From Thermodesulfobacteriota bacterium (lineage in GTDB: Bacteria; Desulfobacterota; Desulfobacteria; Desulfobacterales; B30-G6), in assembly GCA_039714495.1 (NCBI GenBank), contig JBDLJD010000002.1, positions 268-64,267 of the forward strand: 64,000 nt of DNA, read 5' to 3'. Under the pieces are notes generated by a model. That model was not told the origin of the DNA and did no database searches. It saw only the letters and a list, made by a program, of their open reading frames with translations. This document shows, one piece after another, positions 16,606 through 27,006 of the stretch. Numbering within the stretch: the stretch's first letter is position 1; the number at the start of each line of letters is the position of its first letter. The translations under genes were made by a program, and so were the position numbers.

Positions 16606-19539
16606 ATGATTATAAGGAGATGTGTTCTAAAAAAGAGAAGGCGAACGAGTTTCATAGGATGTCTGCTGCTGTTGGGGGCTGTCCTGACCCTTTTTTCATG
16701 CAGCGCCTACCGGAATCACGACAACGGCAGTTTAAAAGAGACCACCGCCCTTTCGTCCGATCAGGCCACACCCGCGCTGCCTGCCTGGCCCCATGAAAAG
16801 AGCGACCTTGAACCGGACCCCGCCCTGTATTTCGGTCGGCTGGAAAACGGTTTCAGATATGTTTTAATGCAGAATCGCAATCCTGAAAACAGGGTGAGCA
16901 TGCACTTGAATGTCCAGGCCGGGTCGATGCAGGAGCAGGACGGACAGGAAGGTCTGGCCCACTACCTGGAACACATGCTGTTCAATGGCTCCGAACATTT
17001 TGCCCCTGGAGAACTGGTCAAGTATTTTCAGAGCATCGGTATGCAGTTCGGCGCGGACGCCAACGCCCACACGGGCTTTTTTGAAACTGTTTACGACATT
17101 TTTTTGCCGGCAGGGGACCGGGAAAACCTGGAAAAGGGCCTTCTGGTGATGCGTGACTATGCCGGGGGCGCACTGCTGCTGCAGGAGGAAGTCGAGCGGG
17201 AGCGAAAAATCATACTGGCAGAAAAAAGAAGCCGGGATTCTGCAGCGTACCGGACCTTTGTGGCCACCCTCGACTTTGAATTGCCCGAAGCCAGAATAAC
17301 CCGCCGCCTGCCCATCGGCACTGATGAGGTGTTGAACAAGGCCGGGCGGGATGATTTGAAGGATTACTATGATACCTGGTATCGGCCGGACAACATTATC
17401 CTGGTGGCGGTGGGCGATTTTGATATCGTCCTGGCATCCGAGCTGGTGGACGGGGCATTCGGCGGACTTCAGGAACGGGCGCCGGCCAGGCCGCCGGTGG
17501 CATTTGGCTCTATCCGCCATAACGGTATCAAAACCTTCCACCACCATGAAAAAGAGGCCGGGAGCACCACCGTTACCATCGAGGTTCTTGACAAAACCGA
17601 TCCAATGCATGACAGCCGCTCGTTTCAGCTGGAAAGGTTGATGGAGGAGGCGGCCGACCGGATGGTCCAGAACCGACTGGACGCGGATGTCGGGCGTCCG
17701 GACATTCCAGGGACGGATGCCGCCGTTGGGTCCGGCCAGTTCCTGAACCACATCAGTTACGCCATGCTCACCATGGAAGGCAAGCCCGGGGAGTGGGAGG
17801 AGATCCTGGCCTTCCTGGAACAGACACTCAGGGCGGCCCTTGAATACGGATTCACCGAAAATGAGCTGGGGAGGGTAAAAAAGGAACTGACAGCAGAGCT
17901 GGATGTGGCGGTCCGTAAAAAGGACACCCGTGAGAGCAAGGTTTTGGCCCGGCAACTGATCCGTACCCTGAACGCCGACCGTGTATTCCGTTCGCCTGAG
18001 CAGGAACAGGAGATGCTGACCGCTTTTATCCAGGACCTGACCCTCGAAGAGGTACACGCAGCCTTCAAACGGCTGTGGGTACAGGAGCACAGGCTTGTCA
18101 CGGTGACCGGCAACGCCGATCTCTCAGGGATGCCGGGGGGTGCCGAAGCAGCCATCGCAGAGGTTTTCGACCACAGCCGCAACCTGGCCGTCAAACCGCC
18201 GCAGGATAAAACGATTACGACATTTCCCTATCTTTTTCCGCCAGCGGCAGCCGGCCGGATCAATAAGCATACGAAGATGGAAGATCTGGGTATCGTCCAG
18301 GTGGTCTTTGAGAACGGTTTCCGCCTGAATTTGAAAAAAACCGATTTTAAAGATGATGAGGTCGTGGCCAGCCTGGCTTTCGGCATTGGACGGTCGAGTG
18401 AACCCGAGAACCTTGCGGGACTTTCGGAATTGAGTACGGCGGTGGTCAATGAAAGCGCCCTGGGGCGCATCGACAGGGAGGATCTCGAGGCTGCAATGGC
18501 CGGCAGGCACACAGACGTGGTTTTCAACATCGATGCCTCCAGCTTCAGTTTTCAGGGCCAAACAATTTCAAGTGAACTGGAGCTGCTGTTCGGACTGCTG
18601 TATGCTCACCTGATGGACCCGGGGTTCAAACAAGACGCATTCGAGCTATCGCAGAAACGCTTCGAACAGCAGTACAAGGAGTTGTCTCACACTGTAGACG
18701 GCGCCTTGACCCTGTCCGGGTGGCGGTTTCTGGCCGGCGGGGACAGCCGCTTCGGCCTCCCCCCTTACGAAGCATTCTCGCGACTGACCCTGGACCAGGT
18801 GCGTTCCTGGGTTACAAAGGCACTGCATGAGGATCCTCTGGAACTGTCAATGGTGGGTGATTTCGAAGTGGATTCAGCCATCGCGCTGGCCGGCCGGTAC
18901 TTTGGTTCGCTCCCTCCGCGCAATCCACGGCCTGGAAGCGACCTGATGCACGGTCCTGCGGTTCCCAGTGGGAAAAAACGGGCCATCGAAGTGGAGACTG
19001 CAAATCCCAGTGCAATGGTTATGGTGGCGTTTCCCACGGATGACATGTGGGATATTTCCCAGACCAGGCGTTTGGCCGTACTGGCGGACCTCTTTTCGGA
19101 AAGGCTGCGTGTCCAGGTTCGGGAAAAGCTGGGGGAGTCGTACTCGCCCTTTGCCTTCAACCGGGGGAGCCGCGTGTACGAAGGGTATGGCTACCTGGCA
19201 GCCATGGTCGAGACCGACCCCTCCAAAGCGGAGGTGGTCATACAGGAGGTTAAAAATATTGCCGCTGATCTTGCTGAAAACGGGGTGACGGAAGATGAGG
19301 TGCACCGGGTGCTGGAACCGACGCTCAACCGCATAACAGATATGCGCAAAAGGAACGGCTACTGGCTGCAGACCGTTCTGACAGGCTCGACGAAATATCC
19401 CCGCCAGATAGCGTGGAGCCGGACCATCGAAGGGGATTACGCCCGTATCGACGCAAGAGATGCCGCTGACCTGGCAAAGCGCTATCTGGACCACGCCAAA
19501 GCCGCTGTAATCGTGGTGACACCGGTTTTGAAAAACTGA
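16606..19539 (+). CDS. M16 (pitrilysin/insulinase) family zinc peptidase, double-unit, lipoprotein
   Basis: 977 aa with a lipobox (LTLFSC) and the HYLEHMLFNGS (HxxEH) active site. The second half is an inactive M16 repeat. Confidence 0.9.
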   Translation: MIIRRCVLKKRRRTSFIGCLLLLGAVLTLFSCSAYRNHDNGSLKETTALSSDQATPALPAWPHEKSDLEPDPALYFGRLENGFRYVLMQNRNPENRVSMHLNVQAGSMQEQDGQEGLAHYLEHMLFNGSEHFAPGELVKYFQSIGMQFGADANAHTGFFETVYDIFLPAGDRENLEKGLLVMRDYAGGALLLQEEVERERKIILAEKRSRDSAAYRTFVATLDFELPEARITRRLPIGTDEVLNKAGRDDLKDYYDTWYRPDNIILVAVGDFDIVLASELVDGAFGGLQERAPARPPVAFGSIRHNGIKTFHHHEKEAGSTTVTIEVLDKTDPMHDSRSFQLERLMEEAADRMVQNRLDADVGRPDIPGTDAAVGSGQFLNHISYAMLTMEGKPGEWEEILAFLEQTLRAALEYGFTENELGRVKKELTAELDVAVRKKDTRESKVLARQLIRTLNADRVFRSPEQEQEMLTAFIQDLTLEEVHAAFKRLWVQEHRLVTVTGNADLSGMPGGAEAAIAEVFDHSRNLAVKPPQDKTITTFPYLFPPAAAGRINKHTKMEDLGIVQVVFENGFRLNLKKTDFKDDEVVASLAFGIGRSSEPENLAGLSELSTAVVNESALGRIDREDLEAAMAGRHTDVVFNIDASSFSFQGQTISSELELLFGLLYAHLMDPGFKQDAFELSQKRFEQQYKELSHTVDGALTLSGWRFLAGGDSRFGLPPYEAFSRLTLDQVRSWVTKALHEDPLELSMVGDFEVDSAIALAGRYFGSLPPRNPRPGSDLMHGPAVPSGKKRAIEVETANPSAMVMVAFPTDDMWDISQTRRLAVLADLFSERLRVQVREKLGESYSPFAFNRGSRVYEGYGYLAAMVETDPSKAEVVIQEVKNIAADLAENGVTEDEVHRVLEPTLNRITDMRKRNGYWLQTVLTGSTKYPRQIAWSRTIEGDYARIDARDAADLAKRYLDHAKAAVIVVTPVLKN

Positions 19540-19723
19540 TTTTTCCTTGACAAAAAATCGATCTATAGGTAAAAGTCGCAGGTAATTTTCACCCGTTATA
19601 CCACGCATCAGAAACAGTCCGTCGCAACAACCGACAGGATTCAAGCCCGACAGCGGAGGGTAGGGATTCATCTATTGCGGTGGCTGCTCTAATGTAAACG
19701 AACCACAGCTTGACGGAGTATTC

Positions 19724-20386
19724 ATGAGCAAACAAGACGATCAGACACATGCGGTTTCCGAACAGGAGGCCGAGGGTCCCGCCGCACCAATCATCCTCTT
19801 TTTCATCATCGGCTTCGCAGCAAGTCTCGTCCTGGGATGGGGCATTTTCCCCAAACTTTTGTATTCCCAAAAACACCAGCCCATAGATTTCAATCATGCC
19901 ATGCACGTCGAAGAGGTTGATGACGGGTGTGAGAGCTGCCATTTCTTCCGGGAAGATGGGAGTTTTTCAGGCATACCGAAGCTGGAGAACTGCATGGAGT
20001 GCCATGAAGATGTTATCGGCGCCAGCGAAGAAGAGGAAAAATTCGTGGCCGAGTATGTGGTGCCCGAGCGGGAAGTGCCCTGGCTGGTCTATTCACGCCA
20101 GCCGGATTGTGTTTATTTCTCCCATGCACCCCATGTGATTACCGGCAAAATGGAGTGTGTCGAATGCCACGGACACATCGGTGAATCCGAACATTCGCGG
20201 GTTTACGAAGAGAACCGTATTACCGGTTACAGCCGCGATATCTGGGGGAAAAGCATTGCCGGCTTGGCCAAGCACCCCTGGGAGCGGATGAAGATGGACG
20301 ACTGTTCGAAGTGTCACGTCAGGGAGAACGTCAACCAGGGAAGTGTCCAAACCCAGAAGGGCGGCTGTTTCGTATGCCACAAATAA
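19724..20386 (+). CDS. qrcA: Membrane-anchored multihaem cytochrome c (five CxxCH), QrcA-like
   Basis: 220 aa with an N-terminal TM helix and the motifs CESCH, CMECH, CVECH, CSKCH and CFVCH. It is the first gene of a four-gene Qrc-type cluster. Confidence 0.75.
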   Translation: MSKQDDQTHAVSEQEAEGPAAPIILFFIIGFAASLVLGWGIFPKLLYSQKHQPIDFNHAMHVEEVDDGCESCHFFREDGSFSGIPKLENCMECHEDVIGASEEEEKFVAEYVVPEREVPWLVYSRQPDCVYFSHAPHVITGKMECVECHGHIGESEHSRVYEENRITGYSRDIWGKSIAGLAKHPWERMKMDDCSKCHVRENVNQGSVQTQKGGCFVCHK

Positions 20387-20443
20387 CATCTTTTGCGATC
20401 CACAAGAGCTAACAAACTCCTTTTTTAGGTTAGGGGAAAATTT

Positions 20444-22669
20444 ATGAAGATAGACAGACGAAGTTTCTTGGCGCTTACAATTGGCGGTGCTGCCGGTACG
20501 GCGCTTACGCCACTGCCGTGGAAATTGACCGATGACAGTTCCATCTGGTCACAGAACTGGCCGTGGACACCGGTCCCGGCCAAGGGTGAAAACAGTTACG
20601 CCTTCACTTCATGCAATCTGTGCCCCGGCGGATGCGGGCTGATGGTCCGCATGGTGGGTGACAGGGCCGTGAAGATCGAAGGGCTGGAGGGGCATCCCGT
20701 CAACGACGGGGGCGTCTGTGTGCTCGGATTGTCAGGCTTGCAGCTGCTTTATGGCGCCACTAGAGTAAAGAGCCCGATGAAACGGGTCGGTAAAAGGGGT
20801 GCGGGACACTGGAAAAAGATTTCCTGGAAAGCTGCACTCGCCGAGGTCGCTGAAAAACTAGGCAAGCTGAGGGATGACAACCAGTCTCACACGGTAGCCT
20901 GTGTAACGGGGAGCAAGTATGGGACTGTCCCCGCGCTGTTCAAGCGCTTCATGACCGTTTACGGGTCACCCAACGTGATGACCACGCCATCGGTCAGCGA
21001 CACCCTCGAAATGGCGCTGCAGGTGATGCATGGCGTGGAGGCGCAGGTCGGCTACGATGTAGAGAATGCGGATTATATCCTCAGCTTCGGAAGCGGCCTC
21101 ATCGAAGGGTGGGGATCTCCGGTGCGCATGTTCCGGGCCAACAGCGCCTGGCGGGAAAGCGGGGCCAAGGTTGTCCAGGTCGAACCGCGCCTGTCCAATA
21201 CAGCGGCAAAATCCGATCAATGGATTCCCATCAATCCGGGGACGGAAGCTGCCCTGGCCATGGGTATCGCGCACGTCTTGATCAAGGAAGCCCTCTATGA
21301 CGATGATTTTATCCGGAATTACACCGAGGGATTTGCCGGATGGATGCTAATGGTGCTCGAAGAGTACACACCCGAAAAGGTGGCTTCCATCACGGGCATC
21401 GATAAGATGGTAATCGTAAAAGTGGCCCGGGAATTTGCCGGAGCTGGCAAACCACTGGCCCTCTGCGGACGCGCCAATGGAGAAACCCCGGGCAGTCTGG
21501 CAGAAGCCATGGCCGTGCACACCGTGAACGCCCTTGTGGGCAACATCAACCAGGAAGGCGGTGTGGTTGCGGTGCCGGTGCCTGAGTATGCTGCCTGGCC
21601 GGAAATCGGGCTGGACAGCACAGCTCAAAACGGTATGGCCAAAGACAGGGTCGACGGGGCCGGCAGCGATGCCTTTTCCCTGGCTGAATCCCTGCTCAAC
21701 CGGTTTGCCGAGGGCGCGATGAGCGCCAAGGCGTATCCGGTGAATGCGCTGCTGGTTTCGGACGCTAACCCGGTATATACGACGCCGGGTGCAAAGGATT
21801 TTAAAAAGGCCGTGGAAAAGATACCCTTTGTGGTCAGTTTTTCCGCTTACCTGGACGAAACCGCCCAGCAGGCCGATCTTGTTCTTCCCAACCATGTTTA
21901 CCTGGAACGCTACGAAGACATGCCGGTCATGACCGGATTACAGAAACCTATGGTCGGGCTGATACAGCCGGTTGTCTATCCCCTGCACGACACCAAAAAT
22001 GTGGGTGACACGATTATCGAACTGGCCAAGACAATGGGCGGCAGCATCGGCGACGCTTTTCCGTGGGGGAGCTACGAAGCATGCCTCGAGGAGGCCCTCG
22101 GCGACAAGTGGGAGATGCTCAATGAAGACGGACTGTGGCAGGACGAAGCATTTCAACCCGCCGCTTGGGGCGAAGCCTTTGCAACCGCGTCGGGAAAATT
22201 TGAATTTATGAATCCGGCCATGAACCTGATGCCCAGTTATGTCCCCCTGAATCTGGAAGGAAATGCCTCGACATTTCCATTGCTGCTGATGCCTTTTGAC
22301 AGCATGCGGCTGGCAAGCGGGTTCATCAGCAATCCTCCTTTTGTTATCAAGTCGGTGGAAGACACGATGTTGAAGAAAAAGGATGTATGCGTGGAGGTCA
22401 ATCCGGCAACAGCAAAGCCGCTGGGGCTGGCTGACGGCAAGTTGGCCACATTGAGCACGCCCAAGGGCGAGGCCAGGGTGCGCATCTATCACTACGATGG
22501 CATCATGCCCGGGGTGGTTGCCATTCCCAGAGGCCTGGGCCACACGGCAGATGATAAATACATGGCCGGCAAAGGCGTAAACGTCAACGAACTCATCGGA
22601 TCGGTGGAGGATCGTGCGTCCGGTCTGGATACGGCCTGGGGTGTCAGGGCAAAGCTTGCAAAAGCCTAA
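20444..22669 (+). CDS. qrcB: Molybdopterin-oxidoreductase-family subunit with Tat signal, QrcB-like
   Basis: 741 aa with a twin-arginine leader (DRRSFLALTIGGAAG), an N-terminal CxxCxxxC and MopB-family domains. Confidence 0.8.
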   Translation: MKIDRRSFLALTIGGAAGTALTPLPWKLTDDSSIWSQNWPWTPVPAKGENSYAFTSCNLCPGGCGLMVRMVGDRAVKIEGLEGHPVNDGGVCVLGLSGLQLLYGATRVKSPMKRVGKRGAGHWKKISWKAALAEVAEKLGKLRDDNQSHTVACVTGSKYGTVPALFKRFMTVYGSPNVMTTPSVSDTLEMALQVMHGVEAQVGYDVENADYILSFGSGLIEGWGSPVRMFRANSAWRESGAKVVQVEPRLSNTAAKSDQWIPINPGTEAALAMGIAHVLIKEALYDDDFIRNYTEGFAGWMLMVLEEYTPEKVASITGIDKMVIVKVAREFAGAGKPLALCGRANGETPGSLAEAMAVHTVNALVGNINQEGGVVAVPVPEYAAWPEIGLDSTAQNGMAKDRVDGAGSDAFSLAESLLNRFAEGAMSAKAYPVNALLVSDANPVYTTPGAKDFKKAVEKIPFVVSFSAYLDETAQQADLVLPNHVYLERYEDMPVMTGLQKPMVGLIQPVVYPLHDTKNVGDTIIELAKTMGGSIGDAFPWGSYEACLEEALGDKWEMLNEDGLWQDEAFQPAAWGEAFATASGKFEFMNPAMNLMPSYVPLNLEGNASTFPLLLMPFDSMRLASGFISNPPFVIKSVEDTMLKKKDVCVEVNPATAKPLGLADGKLATLSTPKGEARVRIYHYDGIMPGVVAIPRGLGHTADDKYMAGKGVNVNELIGSVEDRASGLDTAWGVRAKLAKA

Positions 22670-22688
22670 TACTTTAAATGAGGTTCGA

Positions 22689-23507
22689 ATGAAAGAAGCA
22701 CAGGGGCACAAAAAAAATAAGAAATTCGGCATGGTGATAGACCTGGACAAGTGTACGGGCTGTGGCGCCTGCATGGTGGCCTGTATGGCGGAAAACAATG
22801 TTCCTTTTCAGGAAGATGAATCCGACAAGCTGCTGGGCACGGCGTGGATGCGGGTGTACAAAATGACCAATGGCAAGCCGTTTCCCGAAACCGATGTCTG
22901 CTATATTCCAAGACCGTGCATGCACTGTGAAGGCCATGCCGGGCATTCTCCCTGCGTGTCGGTTTGTCCGGCAACGGCCACCGATTACGACAACCATACC
23001 GGTGTGGTGAGCCAGATTTACACGCGCTGCTTCGGGTGCCGGTACTGCATGGCCGCCTGCCCTTATCACGCCCGTGTTTTTAACTGGTGGGATCCGGTCT
23101 GGCCGGCTGATATGGAAAAAATGCTCAATCCGGATGTGTCTGTGCGTATGCGGGGTGTGGTGGAAAAATGCAGCTTTTGTTACCACCGTTACCAGCAGGC
23201 CATGGAGAAAGCATATTACGAAGAGCGGCAGGATATCGAGGAAGATGAGTATCAGACGTCGTGCACCCAGGCGTGCCCGGCCGGTGCCATTACCTTCGGG
23301 GACTTGAACAATCCGGACCATGCCGTTCACCAATTGGCCAAACCGGACAACAAGCATGGCGGTCGGCCTAAAAACCCGCATGCCTTCAGGCTGCTGGAGC
23401 GGTTGGGGACCAATCCGAAAGTGTATTACCTTTCCAGTCGCGAATGGGTTATCAGAGCCGGTGACAATTATGTAAAAAACGAAAAAACGGGATCGGGTGG
23501 GCACTAA
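22689..23507 (+). CDS. qrcC: 4Fe-4S ferredoxin subunit, QrcC-like
   Basis: ATG at 22689 follows GAGG. The product has multiple CxxCxxCxxxC motifs (CTGCGACMVAC, CFGCRYCMAACP) and resembles HybA/DmsB. Confidence 0.8.
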   Translation: MKEAQGHKKNKKFGMVIDLDKCTGCGACMVACMAENNVPFQEDESDKLLGTAWMRVYKMTNGKPFPETDVCYIPRPCMHCEGHAGHSPCVSVCPATATDYDNHTGVVSQIYTRCFGCRYCMAACPYHARVFNWWDPVWPADMEKMLNPDVSVRMRGVVEKCSFCYHRYQQAMEKAYYEERQDIEEDEYQTSCTQACPAGAITFGDLNNPDHAVHQLAKPDNKHGGRPKNPHAFRLLERLGTNPKVYYLSSREWVIRAGDNYVKNEKTGSGGH

Positions 23508-23612
23508 ATCGAAATATTGATTCATAGGGAGCAAGAAATTCCGCTCCATAATCAACCGGTCATCCGAAAAAACACACAAGTTCGGCTTACATTATTGAGG
23601 AGCATTTAACGT

Positions 23613-24947
23613 ATGGATTCTGCATTAATACCCAAAGGAGTTAAACGCTGTCCATTGCCGCAGTTCGGGGCTGCGCTAATGATCGTAGGTGCAGTGCTGC
23701 TGTGGGGCGTGTTTGCCTTACTGCTGGTTTGGTTTAAAGGACTCAATCAGACCAACATGAACAATGCCTATGGTTTTGCGCTGTGGATCTGGGCAGATCT
23801 AGGGGTTATAGCCCTGGGCGGTGGTGCATTTTTTACCGGTTTCCTGAAATATATCGTGGGTAAGGATGAACTGAAAAATATCATCAATTTCGCGGTTCTG
23901 ATCGGTTTTATCTGCTACAGTTCCGCCCTGCTCATCCTGGCCATCGACGTCGGTCAACCGCTAAGGAGCTGGTTCATCTTCTGGCATGCCAACGTGCACT
24001 CCATGCTGACCGAAGTGGCTTTCTGTCTCTCCTGCTACTTCGGCGTGCTCACTATCGAATACATACCGCTGATTCTGGAAAACCGGCAGGTCGACAAGGT
24101 CCCCTTCTTTCACAATCTCAGCCATAATATGCACGAAGTCATGGCTATATTTGCTGCAACCGGCGCCTTCCTCTCCTTTTTTCACCAGGGCTCGCTGGGC
24201 GGCGTGGCCGGCGTCATGTTCGGGCGGCCGTTCGGGTTCAGGGAGCACATCCTGATCTGGCCCTATTCATTTTTTCTATTCACCTGGTCGGCCGCAGCAT
24301 GCGGACCGTGCTTTACCATTTTTGTGACCAAGCTGACGGAAAAGATCGCCGGGAAAAAGCTGGTCAAAGACAATGTGATAGAGCTTCTGGCAAAAATTTC
24401 AGGTTGGATGCTGTTCACCTACATCATCGCCAAGAGCATCGACACCATCTACTGGGCCAATGTTACCGTGCCTTCCATGGGCCACACCCTGATGGATTTC
24501 TACTCCAACAACCCGGGCTCGGTCTACGGTATATGGATGCTGATCGCCGAGATCGGGGTCTGCGGCCTGCTGCCGGCCGTTATTCTCATTACCGAAAAGG
24601 GTCGGAAAACGCCGGCATTGCTGTGGACCGCCGTTATTTTGGCCTCCATCGGTGTGCTGCTCAACAGATGGGTCATGGTCCTGCAGGTAATGGCGGTTCC
24701 CGTGCTGCCTTTTGAGACCTGGAATAGGTATTTTCCCAGTTGGCAGGAGATCGCAACAACCATACTTCCCGTGGCTTACGGCGTTATCCTGTTGATGATA
24801 TCATATAGATATTTGCCGATTTTTCCCCAAGAGGCCGAGCTCAATCCCATCGAAGAGCCTGATCCGGCGCCGGCGATGGAAGCAGAGGGGGATGCGGAAG
24901 CCGTTGAAATAGCACAGGACGCCGAACTTGCTCCGGCAAAAGGATAG
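23613..24947 (+). CDS. qrcD: NrfD/PsrC-family integral membrane quinone-interacting subunit, QrcD-like
   Basis: 444 aa with about 10 predicted TM helices. It occupies the NrfD-like position after the FeS subunit. Confidence 0.8.
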   Translation: MDSALIPKGVKRCPLPQFGAALMIVGAVLLWGVFALLLVWFKGLNQTNMNNAYGFALWIWADLGVIALGGGAFFTGFLKYIVGKDELKNIINFAVLIGFICYSSALLILAIDVGQPLRSWFIFWHANVHSMLTEVAFCLSCYFGVLTIEYIPLILENRQVDKVPFFHNLSHNMHEVMAIFAATGAFLSFFHQGSLGGVAGVMFGRPFGFREHILIWPYSFFLFTWSAAACGPCFTIFVTKLTEKIAGKKLVKDNVIELLAKISGWMLFTYIIAKSIDTIYWANVTVPSMGHTLMDFYSNNPGSVYGIWMLIAEIGVCGLLPAVILITEKGRKTPALLWTAVILASIGVLLNRWVMVLQVMAVPVLPFETWNRYFPSWQEIATTILPVAYGVILLMISYRYLPIFPQEAELNPIEEPDPAPAMEAEGDAEAVEIAQDAELAPAKG

Positions 24948-24956
24948 GAGGATAAG

Positions 24957-25112
24957 ATGTTACCTTTTAGTTTCGAATGGGTGTGGGACACGGTCCATCT
25001 GGTTTTTCACGGCGGCCTGTGGTATGCGCTGTCCGTCCTCGGCATGGGTATGACCTATTGCATTATCAAAGCAGCTGTCGACACCTATCAGGGAAAGGGC
25101 GGCCATCACTGA
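24957..25112 (+). CDS. Unlisted 51-aa single-TM ORF immediately after qrcD
   Basis: ATG at 24957 lies 6 nt after AGGAGG and 10 nt after the qrcD stop. The product is MLPFSFEWVWDTVHLVFHGGLWYALSVLGMGMTYCIIKAAVDTYQGKGGHH, with stop TGA at 25110-25112. It falls below the ORF-track length cutoff. Confidence 0.45.
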   Translation: MLPFSFEWVWDTVHLVFHGGLWYALSVLGMGMTYCIIKAAVDTYQGKGGHH

Positions 25113-25230
25113 TCCCTGCCCGACAAATTTTCATGCTTGACTGCGCACAACCAAACATGAAACATGATTGAACATTTTACGTCACAGCGAGCCTCTAACT
25201 CTTAGAACAGGAAGATTTGATAAACCCTGA

Positions 25231-25275
25231 AAAGCGCCTGTCCTGAACAATAACAGCGGGGAGGCGCTTTCTTAT
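25231..25275 (+). terminator. Putative terminator of the qrc operon
   Basis: The stem AAAGCGCCT / AGGCGCTTT is followed by CTTATT. The loop is large (about 22 nt), so confidence is moderate. Confidence 0.45.
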
Positions 25276-25288
25276 TGCATGGAATGCT

Positions 25289-25650
25289 GGAGTATTGGAA
25301 TGGTGGAATAACGGGGGAGGACAAGACAGATTGCCAGGGGCCAGGGGCAGAGCCACAGAAACCAGAGCTACAGAGGTCAGAAGTCGGAAGCCGGACGCAA
25401 GGAGTAGGGAGTAAGTAGTAGGGAGAGAAGACGGAAGTCGGGATAAAAAATGAATCACGAAAACACGAAATCCAAAAAGCACGAAATTTTCAGAATTATT
25501 TTTCGTGGTTTCATTCTTTCGTGATTTCGTGATGAAAAAGAAAACATCGAACATCCAACGTCCAACATCGAATTTCGAACTTTTTGCTGACCACCAGAGG
25601 TTAACCTGACACCCGAAACCCAATATTCCGTTACTCCAGTACTCCATTTG
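25289..25650. repeat. Composite repeat-rich intergenic block
   Basis: It contains GGGCAGAGCCACAGAA (25345-25360, identical to 32136-32151). It contains GTAAGTAGTAGGGAGAGAA (25411-25429, identical to 29509-29527). It contains an imperfect 33-bp inverted repeat of CACGAAA units (25454-25486 / 25501-25533). GGAGTA-type words occur in inverted orientation at both ends. Confidence 0.8.
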
Positions 25651-25752
25651 TGAATTTTTATTACTGGTTAACGCTTTTTTGGGATAGCGCTGAATAAATT
25701 TCAAAACAAAGAGAGCAAATTTCCAATAAAAAAAACCGGAGGCTTTTAAATT

Positions 25753-27006
25753 TTGGACAAAATCGTGGTCAGAGGCGGTAAACGCCTCGAGGGTGAAGTC
25801 ACGGTGAGCGGTGCGAAAAATGCCGCATTGCCCATCCTGGTGTCATCGCTGCTGGCGGACGGGTGGAACACCTATCACAATGTGCCCCGGCTCATGGATA
25901 TCGAGAGCACCAAGGCCCTTTTGTCCAACCTCGGGGCCGACATCGAGTCCGATGGTCATGAGGTACGTATCAACGCCCAGGGGTTCAACAACCACGAGGC
26001 CCCGTATGACCTGGTCCGCAAGATGCGGGCCTCCATATTGGTGCTGGGGCCCATCCTGGCAAGACTGAAGAAAGCCCGGGTATCCCTTCCGGGGGGGTGC
26101 GCCATCGGCGCCAGGCCCATCAATCTCCACCTCAAAGGGCTGGCCAGACTGGGGGCCAAGATCGACCTGAAGCATGGCTATGTAGAAGCCGAGGCATCGC
26201 GGTTGAAGGGCAACGAGATCTATCTGGATGTCGCCACCGTGACCGGAACGGAAAACCTGATGATGGCGGCCGTTCTGGCCGAGGGGACCACCGTGCTCCG
26301 CAATGCCGCCTGTGAACCGGAGGTGAAAGCCCTGGCAGACGTACTGGTGCAGATGGGGGCTGATATCAGCGGCGCCGGTACGTCCATTATGGTTATAAAA
26401 GGGGTGCCCGAACTCAAGCCCGTGTCTATCAGTATTCTGCCTGACCGCATCGAAACCGGAACCTTGATGGTTGCCGCGGCCCTGACGCAAGGTGACGTTA
26501 CCCTCCATGGCTGCGAGCCCGGCCATCTGGAAGCGGTCATCCATAAACTGCGGCTGGCAGGTGTTGACGTGGTTACCCATGGTTCGCGCATAAGGGTTCG
26601 CGGTCCATCCGAGATAGCCAGCGTGGATGTCAAAACCCTTGCGTATCCGGGGTTTCCCACTGATATGCAGGCCCAGTTCATGGTGCTGATGTCCGTGGCC
26701 AAAGGTCTCAGCATGATTTCGGAAACCATTTTCGAAAACCGGTTCATTCATGTGAGTGAGCTGAAGCGCATAGGGGCCGACATCAACATATCCGGGAACA
26801 CGGCGCTCATCAAGGGCGTCCCCCAACTCAGCGGGGCACCGGTCATGGCCACTGATCTAAGGGCTAGTGCCTCCCTGGTGCTGGCGGGACTGGCAGCCAG
26901 GGGAACAACCGAAGTTCGCAGGGTTTACCATCTGGACCGCGGCTATGAATTTCTCGAAAAAAAGCTTGCCCTTCTGGGTGCCGACATTCATCGCGAAGAG
27001 GAGTGA
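25753..27006 (+). CDS. murA: UDP-N-acetylglucosamine 1-carboxyvinyltransferase
   Basis: 417 aa with a TTG start after [34 protein letters not shown] and the rest match MurA end to end. Confidence 0.95.
   Translation: MDKIVVRGGKRLEGEVTVSGAKNAALPILVSSLLADGWNTYHNVPRLMDIESTKALLSNLGADIESDGHEVRINAQGFNNHEAPYDLVRKMRASILVLGPILARLKKARVSLPGGCAIGARPINLHLKGLARLGAKIDLKHGYVEAEASRLKGNEIYLDVATVTGTENLMMAAVLAEGTTVLRNAACEPEVKALADVLVQMGADISGAGTSIMVIKGVPELKPVSISILPDRIETGTLMVAAALTQGDVTLHGCEPGHLEAVIHKLRLAGVDVVTHGSRIRVRGPSEIASVDVKTLAYPGFPTDMQAQFMVLMSVAKGLSMISETIFENRFIHVSELKRIGADINISGNTALIKGVPQLSGAPVMATDLRASASLVLAGLAARGTTEVRRVYHLDRGYEFLEKKLALLGADIHREEE

Noticed and set aside
16864-18090. 408-aa minus-strand ORF inside the M16 peptidase gene
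   Set aside because: It is an antisense shadow ORF. The plus-strand product has the HxxEH active site and full-length family similarity.
25195-25704. 169-aa minus-strand ORF in the qrcD-murA spacer
   Set aside because: The sequence is a translation of short-period repeats (KSRKNETTKNN..., SLPTTYSLLLASGF...). The region is better explained as a repeat block.
26867-26944. comEC start at 26867 as given by the ORF track
   Set aside because: That start would overlap murA by 140 nt. The ComEC-like hydrophobic sequence only begins after about 27010, so a later start (26945 or GTG 27062) is more plausible.
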